Positions 1 to 10,525 of a stretch of 64,000 nucleotides of DNA are shown one piece after another (within the stretch, counting starts at the first letter, position 1; each line of letters opens with the position of its first letter). The notes under the pieces are model-generated. The model was not told the DNA's origin, did no database searches, and saw only the letters and a list, made by a program, of their open reading frames with translations. This stretch comes from an uncultured Hormoscilla sp. (lineage in GTDB: Bacteria; Cyanobacteriota; Cyanobacteriia; Cyanobacteriales; Desertifilaceae): the NCBI GenBank assembly GCA_963921275.4, contig OZ001293.3, positions 5,856,001 through 5,920,000 of the forward strand, given 5' to 3'. A program made the translations under genes and the position numbers.

Positions 1-341
1 GGGGCAAGACCCCCGTAGCAGACTTATTTAGGGACATCAAAGAGGGCGTATATGCCCGCAATTGGTTGGGGGGTATGACCAATGGAGAGATGTTTACCTT
101 TAGTGCCGGAGAAGCTTGGATGATTCGCAATGGTCAAATTGCTGAACCCGTGCAGGATGTGACTCTTTCCGGGAATGTGTTTAGCACTTTGGCCGATATC
201 GAAGCAATTGGTGATGATTTTTACTGGGATGAATCTGGTGGTTGTGGCAAAGGCGGTCAAGGTGGTTTGCCCGTAGGTTGTGGCGGACCCAGTTTAAGAA
301 TTAGAAATGTAGTTGTTGGTGGTGAAACTAGTGACCAATGA
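1..341 (+). CDS. tldD: TldD/PmbA family metalloprotease, C-terminal part (runs off the window start)
   Basis: Frame open from position 3; TldD C-terminal motifs GGCGKGGQGGLPVGCGGPSLRI. Confidence 0.85.
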   Translation, partial: GKTPVADLFRDIKEGVYARNWLGGMTNGEMFTFSAGEAWMIRNGQIAEPVQDVTLSGNVFSTLADIEAIGDDFYWDESGGCGKGGQGGLPVGCGGPSLRIRNVVVGGETSDQ

Positions 342-571
342 CCAGTGACCCTATCCCTCGTCAATGTAGTTCGTAGTTCGTAGTTCGTAGTTCGTAGTTA
401 TCGATAACATAAACCATCGAGCGGGCAATACTTTCATGCTCTGATTTGTAGCAAGGGATATGGATAAAATTGTGACGGCCCATTGAATAATCGCGCTCAC
501 CGAGAGGTATTGTATCCCTCGTTCCCTGTCTCTGGCAGGGAACGCGATCGGGAGGATCTGCCTCCTGTAAG

Positions 572-630
572 GATAAGCACTAAAGTGCTTACTACGAACC
601 CCGTAAGCACTTTAGTGCTTACTACGAACC
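572..630. repeat. REP-like palindromes (AAGCACTWWAGTGCTTACTACGAAC family)
   Basis: Two tandem hairpin units at the cobM 3' end; same family at 44543-44601 and 53060-53226. Confidence 0.75.
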
Positions 631-1410
631 CCGAAATAGGTGAGAATGTTCGGGATGGTAGAGGCGCGATCGCCCCCCTTCTCGCTTCAAAGCAGGACTA
701 ACCAGATAAAGCGTAGTCCGAATCAGATTTTCCCGCTGGGTAACAGCAGCCATTTCCGCCAAGGGCACCACCCATATTTTTTCATCTTGCCAACCCAAAC
801 GGTAACAAATTGCCACAGGAGTATCCCCTGAATAATGTTGCATCAACTTTTCTTGCGCAGCTTCCACGTGACGCGCACTCAAATAAAGACACAAACTCGC
901 CTTATGTGCAGCTAGGGATGCCAACTCTTCCGAGGGAGGTACACCCGAAGCACGGCCACTAATGCGAGTCAGAATAATTGTTTGCACCAATTCTGGTACA
1001 GTCAGCTCAACGGAGAGTTTCGCTGCTGCTAACTGGAAAGCACTAATTCCTGGGATAATCTCAAAGGCAATATCTGCCTCTGCTAGGGCTTGCATTTGCT
1101 CGTGCAGCGCACTGTAAAGACTAAGATCCCCAGAATGCAGGCGCACAACCGATCGCTGCTGCCGCACTCGTTCAATCATTACTGGTAAAATCTCTTCGAG
1201 AGTCTGATTTCCAGTACGAATAACCTCCGCATCAGCACGGACATTCCGCAAAATTTGCCTCGGCACCAGAGAGTTCGCAAATAAAATTACATCCGCGATC
1301 GCCATAATTTTTTCAGCCTTAACAGTCAGTAAATCGGGGTCTCCAGGACCTGCCCCCACAAAATATACTGCTGGTTCTAGATAATTTTCTTGCAATTGCC
1401 AAATCCCCAA
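622..1410 (-). CDS. cobM: precorrin-4 C11-methyltransferase
   Basis: VYFVGAGPGDPDLLTVKA, RLHSGDLSLYSA, RSRLYHPEHSHLFR; true start may be a few codons downstream. Confidence 0.9.
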   Translation of the reverse strand: MGIWQLQENYLEPAVYFVGAGPGDPDLLTVKAEKIMAIADVILFANSLVPRQILRNVRADAEVIRTGNQTLEEILPVMIERVRQQRSVVRLHSGDLSLYSALHEQMQALAEADIAFEIIPGISAFQLAAAKLSVELTVPELVQTIILTRISGRASGVPPSEELASLAAHKASLCLYLSARHVEAAQEKLMQHYSGDTPVAICYRLGWQDEKIWVVPLAEMAAVTQRENLIRTTLYLVSPALKREGGRSRLYHPEHSHLFRGS

Positions 1411-1542
1411 TCTTTATAATCAATGCTGGACATGCTCTCTTCCGGAACAGAGCCAGCCTACCGAGTAGCTAACAATGGTAATGCACTCCGATGAAACCCT
1501 GGAGTTCATAACTCCAGGTTCTTTTTGTTTCTATCCCTCCCA

Positions 1543-2916
1543 TCAGATGTACACGCCGTATTCGATTTTATTGAGCAGTTTATCTACCTGTTGAGTTCCT
1601 GCATCGGTGTCCAATAGCTCAAATGGAATTGCCCCTGCCAATGCACGATTGGGTCTTTTCAGCCAGTTTCTTGCTGTATCGGCATTCTCGAATACATCTA
1701 GTGTACTTGCTAAGATACGGGCAATGCGATAGAGTCTGTCTGAAAAGATAGAGTCAAGAGGCTTGTTCTTTTGTTTGCGCCGTTCTAGGGCGTGTCATCA
1801 GTTAAGCCAAACAACAGTAGCAGCCAGGTAGATAGCACCCAAGAAATTCTGAGCCCTCTTATCGTAACGGGTGGCAATGGCTCGATATTGCTTGAGTTTG
1901 GCAAAAAAATTCTCAATCAAATGACGTGCTTTGTATAGATATTTGTCATAACGGCGTTGTTCTTTTCGATTGGATTTAGGCGGAATCACAGGTTCGCATT
2001 GCTGGGCTTCAAGACGTTTCAAAACCCGTTCGTCAGCATCAGAAGCTTTGTCTGCGAGTAACGCATCAGCCTTAATATTATCAAGTAACACATCAGCCCC
2101 TTCCAAATCGTGAGCTTGACCGGCTGTTAAATGAAAACCCATTGGGTTCCCCAATGCGTCACAGGTCGCGTGAATTTTGGTACTCAAACCCCCTTTACGG
2201 CGTCCGATGGCTTGGTCGCAATCTTTTTTTTTTGAGCACCTGCACTATGTTGATGAGCCCTTTATATCGTGGCATCAATCATCGCATATTCGTTATCGGC
2301 ATCGGACGCAAGTACCTTGAATACTCTTTCCCATACCCCGGATTTTGACCACCTACTATGGCGCGTATGAATTACCCTCAAGTCCCCAAATCGCTCGGGT
2401 AAGTCCCGCCAAGGTATCCCAGCTCTATATCGATACAAGACAGCATAGACAAATAAGCGGTTATCCTTAGCTGTCCCCCCCACATAACCCTCCCGACCTG
2501 GCAATAGGTCCCTGATTCTCTCCCACTGGTCATCTCTTAAAGCATAGCGACGCATTTCTCAAATTCTCCTGCTCTAACCTTTACCCTCTTAGATCACACC
2601 AATATATCCTGGTTGTCAACTCAATCATCTTGTTATATATTTTTGGTGGGGACCCATATCGTTAATCTAACTGATGACACGCCCTAGATCCCGATCGCTC
2701 GTTCCCAGGAAAGCTGCAAGTTATGCCTCATAAATGCCGCACTCTTGGGCAACTCGCCCCACAGAGACTATGGGAAACCCCTGACGGATACTGTTAACTA
2801 TCTTCAATTCTGGTGATAAAGCGGTTGGTTCTCTCTGTGGATTTTTTCTCACACCCAATATTTCATAAACTTTATTGTTTCCCGCAGCAACAGTGTTGAC
2901 CTAGGCATCTTGACAT
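1543..2916 (-). pseudogene. Xre/MbcA/ParS-type antitoxin (DUF2384-like) split by IS5
   Basis: Translated by hand: ...IVNSIRQGFP... before the IS; SDRLYRIARI...ARNWLKRPNRALAGAIPFELLDTDAGTQQV...IEYGVYI after it; additional internal stop. Confidence 0.75.
1788..2684 (-). mobile_element. IS5-family element (two-ORF, frameshifting type), copy 1
   Basis: TIR GGGCGTGTCATCAGT at both ends, TA duplication in CTAG; orfA 2262-2555, orfB 1798-2187, A10 slippery run; in-frame stop after DATI. Confidence 0.92.
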
Positions 2917-3318
2917 CCTCTAACTATACAGACAATGTTTTTAGTCGGTTTTAATCAGGTCTTGTACCATTTCCAACTAGCTAGTACCCTCCATAACTCG
3001 TTCCCAGTCTCAGACTGGGAACGAGTGTAAAAAAACCTTTCTCGACAATGTTTTCAGTCGGTATGTCAATTTTAACTCATATCTTGCACCTGTCGCAATA
3101 CCAGCAAGCCAGCAAATCGTCCCAACCGCGATTGACCAAGGCTTCGTCTTCGATGTGTTTAGCAAATTCTGCTAACATAAAATCGCAGGTTTGTCCGACG
3201 CGATCGCGTCCATGGGCGTTCCTATTGTGGATATACCACAGATGCGAGTTCCAGGATCTCCAGAAGTAGCAATTTTGGTTTAAAATGGTATAGCTTAGTA
3301 TTGCGATTGTCCTTGACT

Positions 3319-3872
3319 ATGCAGGCCACAGTTACCACGACAGCGCCAATTCCAGGCAACTACTGGAATTGGCGCGGGCACAAGATATATTATGTACGAG
3401 CAGGAGAACCTGATGGGCAGCGTCCGCCCCTGCTACTGGTGCATGGGTTTGGCGCTTCTACAGATCATTGGCGGAAAAATATCGCCCAACTGTCGGGCGA
3501 GTTCCAGGTTTGGGCGATCGACCTGCTAGGGTTCGGACGTGCCGCCAAAGCTAACATTGCCTACAGTGGCGATTTGTGGCGAGACCAACTGCACGACTTC
3601 ATCACAGAGGTCATCGGTCAAGCTGTTATCTTAGTTGGTAACTCCTTGGGAGAGAAAAGGTGGACGTACTGCTGGAACAGTTAACCAGTCCTCTCCTACT
3701 CCTCTGGGGAGAAGCGGACCCCTGGATCGACTGCAAACAACGCAGTGCGAGGTTTCGCCAACATTATCCTCAATTGACAGAACACTTTCTACGTGCCGGT
3801 CATTGCCCCCATGATGAGGTGCCCGACCAAGTCAATCACCTGATTCGTTCTTGGGCGATCGCCCACCTGTGA
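3319..3872 (+). pseudogene. alpha/beta hydrolase with internal deletion
   Basis: VHGFGAS..HWR and GNSLG in one frame; then jumps to LLLWGEADPW...AGHCPHDE in another; cap region missing. Confidence 0.8.
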
Positions 3873-4169
3873 CTGGCGATCTCCGAGCCGATGTAGGTGG
3901 GGTTTCGGACCTCAACCCCACCTACGGGGCGATCGTCACCTCTTTTAACCGGTTAAAAATAGAGGGCCTGCTGAATTAAGTCCGTTATTCGTTAATCTGC
4001 CAAATTTTTATCAAAACCGCGAAATTATTGATATGTAAGCGTTTCAGAGAATGGTTAGTACATTTTCGGTCCTTCGGTAGAAATAAAATGTAAAAAAATG
4101 TTGCAAGTTGATGAGCAACTATGTTAACTTTAATTACAGAAGGTTGACATTCATGGATAGTTGTTAATC

Positions 4170-4316
4170 ATGGAAAACCAACAAAAAAGCAAGTTTGGCT
4201 TTACCGAGTTCGCGGAAACCTGGAATGGTCGTCTGGCAATGCTGGGATTGACGATCGGCCTGGCCACCGAGTTAATGACCGGTCAAGGCATCTTGTCTCA
4301 ACTGGGTTTGATGTAA
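4170..4316 (+). CDS. hli: high-light inducible protein (HLIP), 48 aa
   Basis: Translated by hand: MENQQKSKFGFTEFAETWNGRLAMLGL...; ExxNGRLAM motif. Confidence 0.92.
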   Translation: MENQQKSKFGFTEFAETWNGRLAMLGLTIGLATELMTGQGILSQLGLM

Positions 4317-4392
4317 GTAAGTGGTTGGTAGTTCTTCTCTACCAACCACTGTCAAGAACTGTATTAGGTTAATATTAATAGGGAGTTGTGAA

Positions 4393-4536
4393 ATGGAAAA
4401 GCAAGAAAGCAAGTTTGGCTTTACTAATTTCACGGAAATTTGGAATGGTCGTCTGGCCATGTTGGGCTTGGCGATCGGCCTGGCCACCGAGTTAATGACC
4501 GGTCAAGGCATCTTGTCTCAACTGGGTCTAATGTAA
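4393..4536 (+). CDS. hli: high-light inducible protein (HLIP), 47 aa, tandem paralogue
   Basis: MEKQESKFGFTNFTEIWNGRLAMLGL...; 3' half nearly identical to the preceding gene. Confidence 0.92.
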   Translation: MEKQESKFGFTNFTEIWNGRLAMLGLAIGLATELMTGQGILSQLGLM

Positions 4537-4749
4537 TCATCAGCCAGAGTCAAAAATTAAATAGTGTTGAGTTTAAGTATGCCTGTGGTAATTTTACCAT
4601 AGGCATTTGTGATGTTGAGGCGTTAATTATTCTCCGAGCAACCCAGAAACCAGGTTTCGCTCCTCTAACCCTTGTTTCTTAACTTTCACAACTAACCCAG
4701 AAATCCGATTTTTAAGTTTCACAAATGATGGGTAAGTGCTATATTAGTC

Positions 4750-4887
4750 GGCACTGGTTCAGCCTGATTAAAAAAATCATATCAATTCCTTGCCAGTCAA
4801 AGGTTTGACCGATTTTTTAACTAATCACCTCAAACCATGATGGTGTAGGGCATTCGAGCTTTCATTTAACTAGACTGAACCAGTGCC
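4750..4887. mobile_element. MITE, 138 bp
   Basis: TIR GGCACTGGTTCAG; 9-bp target duplication ATATTAGTC at 4741-4749 and 4888-4896. Confidence 0.88.
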
Positions 4888-4890
4888 ATA

Positions 4891-5550
4891 TTAGTCAACC
4901 CAACGAAATTGATAGGTAGAGTCAGTTGCGCCCCAGACCTGATTTCCTTGGGCGTCAAAACCCCGGTCTGTGGTATCCATCCCCTCTGAATGGAGTATAA
5001 TCCGATTGGTTATCTTCACGGCACCTCGATAATTGGTGGGACAACCGCCTGGTTGGGTCTCGCCAATGTAGCGATCGCCTTCTGGGGAAAGAAACACGCT
5101 ACAAATAGGATTGCCGATCTCGCTGCTGCTGACAACCCGTTGTGGTTCGGGTCGGTTGCACAAACCCACCAAGTGCGCTGGGGAAGGGGGCTTAAAGGAT
5201 CGAGATTCAACTACAGTATCCGCATTACTGGGGGTAAGGCGCAAAAATCGCTGTCGATAAGGCCGATCGAGCTTTTTCTGTAAGGCTTGTTCTTGATAGA
5301 GAAAAATCGAGTCAGGACTATTAAGTTCGCCATTCTCTGTATGAACTGTAACTTGGCAAGTAGTCATCTTGACGTTGGGGGCTTTGCTATTTGCCGCCGC
5401 CTGGGCCGAAGTATCCATTACTCCTACCAGATGAGTCGCTACTTCGTCAAGGTGACGATCGACGGGCACCGACTGGGTGCAAGCGGTCAAGAGATGAAAG
5501 CAGGTGAGAGCCCCGATCGCCCATCCTGCTAATATACTTTTTTGTCTCAT
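4891..5550 (-). CDS. CpcT/CpeT-family chromophore lyase-like protein
   Basis: FLYQEQAL...PYRQRFLRL, DRGFDAQGNQVWG...YQF. Confidence 0.8.
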   Translation of the reverse strand: MRQKSILAGWAIGALTCFHLLTACTQSVPVDRHLDEVATHLVGVMDTSAQAAANSKAPNVKMTTCQVTVHTENGELNSPDSIFLYQEQALQKKLDRPYRQRFLRLTPSNADTVVESRSFKPPSPAHLVGLCNRPEPQRVVSSSEIGNPICSVFLSPEGDRYIGETQPGGCPTNYRGAVKITNRIILHSEGMDTTDRGFDAQGNQVWGATDSTYQFRWVD

Positions 5551-5643
5551 GCTCCCAAAACAGCCTGATATAGCAGCTTTGATTATCTGGCAAATTGCGC
5601 TTAGATGAAAGTAAGTAATGCTCATCATCACAAGGAACCCGCC

Positions 5644-6525
5644 ATGAACCTTAAAGCTATAGTACGACTGCTAAAAGAGACTGTGCCTGAATGGCAAAAG
5701 GATAAAGTGCCGATATTGGCGGCAGCTTTAGCCTATTATACCGTATTCTCCCTCGCTCCCCTGCTGATTCTCGTCATTGCGATCGCCGGTTTCGCGATCG
5801 GTCAAGAAGCGGCGCAAGAGCGGTTGGTAGGTGAAGTGCAAAACCTGATTGGTGCCGAGGGGGCGGCATCGATCCAAAATCTGATCCAAAATAGCTACCA
5901 ACCCAAATCTGGTATCCTGCCCAGCATTCTGGCGATCGCCACTCTGCTCTTCGGGGCCACGTCGGCCTTTGCCCAGCTGAAAGAAGCACTGAATATCATC
6001 TGGCATGTCGAACCGCAACAGCAACGGGGGGGCATCATTGGCTTTATCTTAACCCGTGTTTTCTCCTTTCTCATGGTGCTGTCGATTGGCATTTTACTGT
6101 TGCTGTCCCTGGTACTCAGTGCCGTGTTGACAGGAATTAGTAACTGGTTAGAACATTGGCTGATTATACCAGCTTTTGTCTGGCAACTCGGCGATCTGAC
6201 GATTTCCTTCGGGTTGGTAACCCTGCTATTTGCTCTGATATATCGCTTCTTGCCAGATGTTAAAATTGCCTGGAGCGATGTGTGGATCGGATCTGCCATC
6301 ACTTCGCTGCTGTTTACTCTGGGCAAGAGGGCGATCGCCCTATATCTAGGCCGTAGCACTGTCGGGTCTGCCTATGGTGCCGCTGGTTCTTTCGTCATCA
6401 TCCTGCTATGGGTTTTTTATTCTGCTCAAATTCTCCTGTTTGGCGCAGAATTTACCCAAGTTTGGGCAAACATCTATGGTTCTAGGATTCGATATAGCAG
6501 CAGACGGAGAAAGAACGCTCGATGA
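5644..6525 (+). CDS. YihY/BrkB family membrane protein
   Basis: LAAALAYYTVFSLAPLL, YGAAGSFVIILLWVFYSAQILLFGAEF. Confidence 0.9.
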   Translation: MNLKAIVRLLKETVPEWQKDKVPILAAALAYYTVFSLAPLLILVIAIAGFAIGQEAAQERLVGEVQNLIGAEGAASIQNLIQNSYQPKSGILPSILAIATLLFGATSAFAQLKEALNIIWHVEPQQQRGGIIGFILTRVFSFLMVLSIGILLLLSLVLSAVLTGISNWLEHWLIIPAFVWQLGDLTISFGLVTLLFALIYRFLPDVKIAWSDVWIGSAITSLLFTLGKRAIALYLGRSTVGSAYGAAGSFVIILLWVFYSAQILLFGAEFTQVWANIYGSRIRYSSRRRKNAR

Positions 6526-6592
6526 AAAACTCTTGCAGTTTGGCGATGTAGTGGTAAAATCGGCTATTGTCCTTGGATTCTAGAGTAAACGA

Positions 6593-7231
6593 ATGGCAAT
6601 TTATTTAGACTCGGCCTCAGTTAGGGAAGCAGAAACAGCCGTAGAAATGGGATGGATTAAAGGTATTACCACAAATCCAACGCTGTTGGCAAAAAGCGGT
6701 TTACCACCAGGAACAACCCTACAAAAATTAGCGGAAATTAGCCCCGGTATGCTTTATTATCAACTCACGGCCTCTGATTTAGAAGAGATGCTAGTAGAAG
6801 GGCGGGCAGCTTATCATATGATTGGGGAGAAAACCATGTTGAAGATTCCGGCAACTGCCATGGGTTTTCAGGCGGTGGCCCGTCTGTCACCGGAAATTCC
6901 CTGTGCGGTGACGGCGATTTATAGCCCCGCACAGGCCCTAGTGGCACGGGAGGCGGGGGCAAAAGAGGCGATCGCCTATGTGAACCGGGCCACGCGACTG
7001 TTGGGTGATGGTTTGGCATTGGTGCGGGAGATGGCAACTGTTCTCAAAGATAGCAAAACAGAAATTCTAGCAGCAAGTATCAAATCCCCAGAAGAAGCAG
7101 TAGCAGCATTGCAAGCAGGGGCGGATCATTTAACAGTACCCTTGAGTTTATTGCAGGAGATGACGACCCACAAGTTATCCGAGGAAACTGTGGCTGATTT
7201 TGCTGAAAATGGACGGGGAATCTTAGGATGA
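6593..7231 (+). CDS. transaldolase / fructose-6-phosphate aldolase family protein
   Basis: IYLDSA, GITTNPTLL, LKIPAT, ILAASIK. Confidence 0.88.
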   Translation: MAIYLDSASVREAETAVEMGWIKGITTNPTLLAKSGLPPGTTLQKLAEISPGMLYYQLTASDLEEMLVEGRAAYHMIGEKTMLKIPATAMGFQAVARLSPEIPCAVTAIYSPAQALVAREAGAKEAIAYVNRATRLLGDGLALVREMATVLKDSKTEILAASIKSPEEAVAALQAGADHLTVPLSLLQEMTTHKLSEETVADFAENGRGILG

Positions 7232-7694
7232 TAATGGAGAATAACGAATTATTAATTGCTGTTCGTTAAGTCTCACGGCCAGCAAGGGGTTGAAACCCCC
7301 GCTTAATGTGTCCTCTTGTTGGAGGAAGGGAACAGGCAACAGGCAACAGGGGCGACAGCGACGGCGGGGGGATCCAGCAGAGCCGAACAACATCTCCTGA
7401 TGCCCCTTGGTGGTGCTCCCCCAAAGCTTGGATGCGCCCGTCGCCATAACCCTCCTCCGGTTAAAGCCGTCCGCGAAAAGCTCAAGTCAACGAAGCGTGG
7501 ATTAAACGCTTTCTATATAAGGTTTTCAGTCTGTTTTCAACCGACTTCAGCTAAAAGCCTTAGGGTTTGAACCCTCGGTGTATCGTGGGTAGTGCGAGTA
7601 GCGCTCCCACGATACACCGAAGGCGGCCATGAGGCTAATCTCCAATGGTGCAAGATCTCAGTTTTAACCGACTTGTTGAGAATGCCACAAGATA

Positions 7695-8567
7695 TCAATT
7701 TATCTGTGAACCCGTATTTTTATTGGACGCGGAGACAACATCTGGAAGAGGGCGACGCCGCAAGTAAAGCCAACTTAAACCGGCCACACCTAGCCCTATC
7801 GCCAGCAAACTGACAACTTGAGCAATGCGCAAAGATCCCAGCATCAGACTATCAGTGCGCAAGCCCTCAATCCAGAAGCGACCCAAGCTGTAGGATATCA
7901 TGTAAACTAAAAACAACGTCCCCAGTTTCAGACGCGGCTTTCCCCGCAAACCCCGAAAGAATAAAGTCAGCAGTAACCCAAACACCATCAAATTCCACAG
8001 GGACTCATACAGAAAAGTGGGATGGAAATATTCAAAATCAATATATTCCAGGGGACGGAGATCGGGAGGAATAAACAGTTTCCAGGGCAAGTCCGTCGGG
8101 CCTCCGAAAGCTTCTGAGTTGAAAAAATTACCCCAACGCCCGATCGCCTGACCGAGAATTAAAGAAGGAGCGACCAGATCCGCCAATTGCCAAAAGGGAA
8201 TGCGATTTAGGCGGGCAAAAATCAACGAAGCAATTATCCCCCCGATAATAGCTCCGTGAATCGCAATGCCACCCTTCCAAATAGCAATGATATCCCCAGG
8301 GTGCTCAGCATAGTTTTGCCACTGGAACAGCACGTAGTAAATGCGGGCGCAGGGAATAGCGCCAATCACCAGCCAAACAGCCAAATCCCCTAGCAGTTCT
8401 GGGTCAACCTGGCGGCGCGATGCCAGATACTGGGACAGAAATAGCCCAATCAACACAGCTGAGGCAATCAACAGACCGTACCAACGCAGCACAAATGGCC
8501 CCAACTTCAGGATCTCAGAACCTGGAGAGGTAAATGTGAAAGACAGAATAGAAGTATTTAGTATCAT
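7695..8567 (-). CDS. lgt: prolipoprotein diacylglyceryl transferase
   Basis: [36 protein letters not shown]. Confidence 0.95.
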   Translation of the reverse strand: MILNTSILSFTFTSPGSEILKLGPFVLRWYGLLIASAVLIGLFLSQYLASRRQVDPELLGDLAVWLVIGAIPCARIYYVLFQWQNYAEHPGDIIAIWKGGIAIHGAIIGGIIASLIFARLNRIPFWQLADLVAPSLILGQAIGRWGNFFNSEAFGGPTDLPWKLFIPPDLRPLEYIDFEYFHPTFLYESLWNLMVFGLLLTLFFRGLRGKPRLKLGTLFLVYMISYSLGRFWIEGLRTDSLMLGSLRIAQVVSLLAIGLGVAGLSWLYLRRRPLPDVVSASNKNTGSQIN

Positions 8568-8603
8568 TTGGGGAAGGACAATCACCAACAACCATCATTG
8601 CAC

Positions 8604-9659
8604 ATGTCTACTATCCCCATTGTTGCTCATCGGACCCTGGAAACTGACAGAGAGCCACTGTTGGGCGCGTCTTTAGATGAATTGACAGCTTGGGTGCAGC
8701 ACCAGGGGCAACCGGCTTATCGGGGACGGCAACTACACCAGTGGATTTATCAACAGGGGGCGCGTACCCTCCTAGACATCTCAGTTTTCCCCAAGCAATG
8801 GCGGGAAACCCTGGCAGATTTCCCCATTGGGCGTTCCACTATTGGCCACCGAGTACAAGCACCCGACGGCACCATCAAGTATCTCCTGCAACTGGCAGAT
8901 GGTCAAATTATCGAAACCGTTGGCATCCCCACCGACAAGCGCCTCACCGTCTGCGTCTCTTCCCAGGTGGGCTGTCCGATGGCCTGCGACTTTTGCGCTA
9001 CGGGTAAGGGAGGCTGGCAGCGAAATCTGAAAAGTCATGAAATTATCGACCAGGTCTTGACTGTCCAAGAGGACTTTCAGCGACGAGTCAGCAATATCGT
9101 CTTTATGGGTATGGGGGAACCTTTGCTAAATATGGATAACCTGCTAGCTGCTGTCAGGTCACTTAACGAAGATGTGGGCATCGGACAGCGGTTAATGACC
9201 ATCTCCACCGTGGGTATTCCCGGACGTATCCGCGCCCTCGCTGCTGAGAAACTGCAAGCTACCCTCGCCGTTAGCCTCCACGCCTCTAACCAACAGCTAA
9301 GGGAACGTCTTATTCCCAGTGCGAAACCCTATGGTTTAGAACAGCTATTAGCAGAATGCCGGGAATACGTGCAGCAAACCAACCGTAGAGTCACCTTTGA
9401 ATATATCCTGCTAGCTGGGGTGAATGACTTGCCCGCACATGCCGAAGAACTCGCCCGACATCTGCGGGGGTTCCAAACTCACGTCAATCTGATTCCCTAC
9501 AATCCGATTGGCGACGCCGATTACCAGCGTCCGGGGCGTCGCCGAATTCGCGCTTTTGTTAAGGTATTGACAGAGCAACATATTGCGGTGAGCGTGCGCT
9601 ATTCCCGGGGACTAGCAGCTGAGGCCGCTTGCGGTCAGCTGCTAGTCTCTCAGATTTAG
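8604..9659 (+). CDS. rlmN: 23S rRNA m2A2503 radical-SAM methyltransferase
   Basis: [31 protein letters not shown]. Confidence 0.95.
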   Translation: MSTIPIVAHRTLETDREPLLGASLDELTAWVQHQGQPAYRGRQLHQWIYQQGARTLLDISVFPKQWRETLADFPIGRSTIGHRVQAPDGTIKYLLQLADGQIIETVGIPTDKRLTVCVSSQVGCPMACDFCATGKGGWQRNLKSHEIIDQVLTVQEDFQRRVSNIVFMGMGEPLLNMDNLLAAVRSLNEDVGIGQRLMTISTVGIPGRIRALAAEKLQATLAVSLHASNQQLRERLIPSAKPYGLEQLLAECREYVQQTNRRVTFEYILLAGVNDLPAHAEELARHLRGFQTHVNLIPYNPIGDADYQRPGRRRIRAFVKVLTEQHIAVSVRYSRGLAAEAACGQLLVSQI

Positions 9660-9838
9660 CCACCCCAGTATATACCGGGAGCGTAAGCCTCTACCACTTT
9701 ACCCGTCAGAGAGCAGGTAATCATCAGGTAGTCACAGACTGGGCATTCCGTCCGAGTCTGCCGGTTGTTGGTCAGATAGTTGCGTTCAGCATGGGAACCG
9801 CAGTTGGGGCATCGAATTGCTTGTGTTGTCTGCATTTT
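9656..9838 (-). CDS. small conserved cyanobacterial zinc-ribbon protein
   Basis: CPNC...[23 protein letters not shown]. Confidence 0.75.
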   Translation of the reverse strand, partial: KMQTTQAIRCPNCGSHAERNYLTNNRQTRTECPVCDYLMITCSLTGKVVEAYAPGIYWGG

Positions 9839-10019
9839 ATTATCACTCGCTTTTACTATGGTGGTCAAAAAAGTTATCGATGCGATTGATTAACATTCAT
9901 CAAAAATAGTTAACAAAACGGAACTCCAACTCGCCAATTCCCGGAGAATCAGTGAGTAGAGACTCGGGCGAGGTTATTTTGACATTATATGCTTTTCCTG
10001 CATGGTTTGCCATCACTGC

Positions 10020-10062
10020 ACATCCTGGGGATCGCTTTTATAGTCAGCGATCCCCAGGATGT
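10020..10062. other. 17-bp perfect inverted repeat (hairpin) in a divergent intergenic region
   Basis: ACATCCTGGGGATCGCT-N9-AGCGATCCCCAGGATGT. Confidence 0.7.
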
Positions 10063-10525
10063 TAATTCCCGCTGCCTGCGGGGGTTTGCGCCATTTTCCC
10101 CCGTGAGAGCGGGCCTCCTATTCCCTTATTTCTGGGCCAAGTTAACATAAAAATTTGGATATCTTTACATAAATTTATATATAATTGTAGAGGTTGGCTA
10201 AACTGGAAACACCGCCTCGGCAGATATCAATTATAATTAGCTAGTCGATAGAATTTGATCTAAATCCCCGAGCGAGAAATAAGCGCGATATGCTGCGCAG
10301 TCCAACGGGGACCGGGTGCTCTACAACGCAATGGCCTTGGTTTTCGGGTTTTATGGGGATAGCCGGAAACTCCCTGCCCCCAGCGAGTTGACCAATTATT
10401 CTATCTCAAATCTAAAATTGCTATAACAGAACCGGCGAATATCTAGTGCGCCGCGATCGAAAAGTATTCTAGATTACAAAAAAACAGTTTTTAATTAGAG
10501 AAGCTAATCATCTGACTGCATCACC

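Noticed and set aside
367..398. Heptamer tandem repeats (also near 14294, 26026, 26391, 32458, 57703)
   Set aside because: Ordinary short tandem repeats of filamentous cyanobacteria.
3966..4080. Possible MITE beginning GGGCCTGCTGAAT
   Set aside because: No matching opposite end or target duplication was found.
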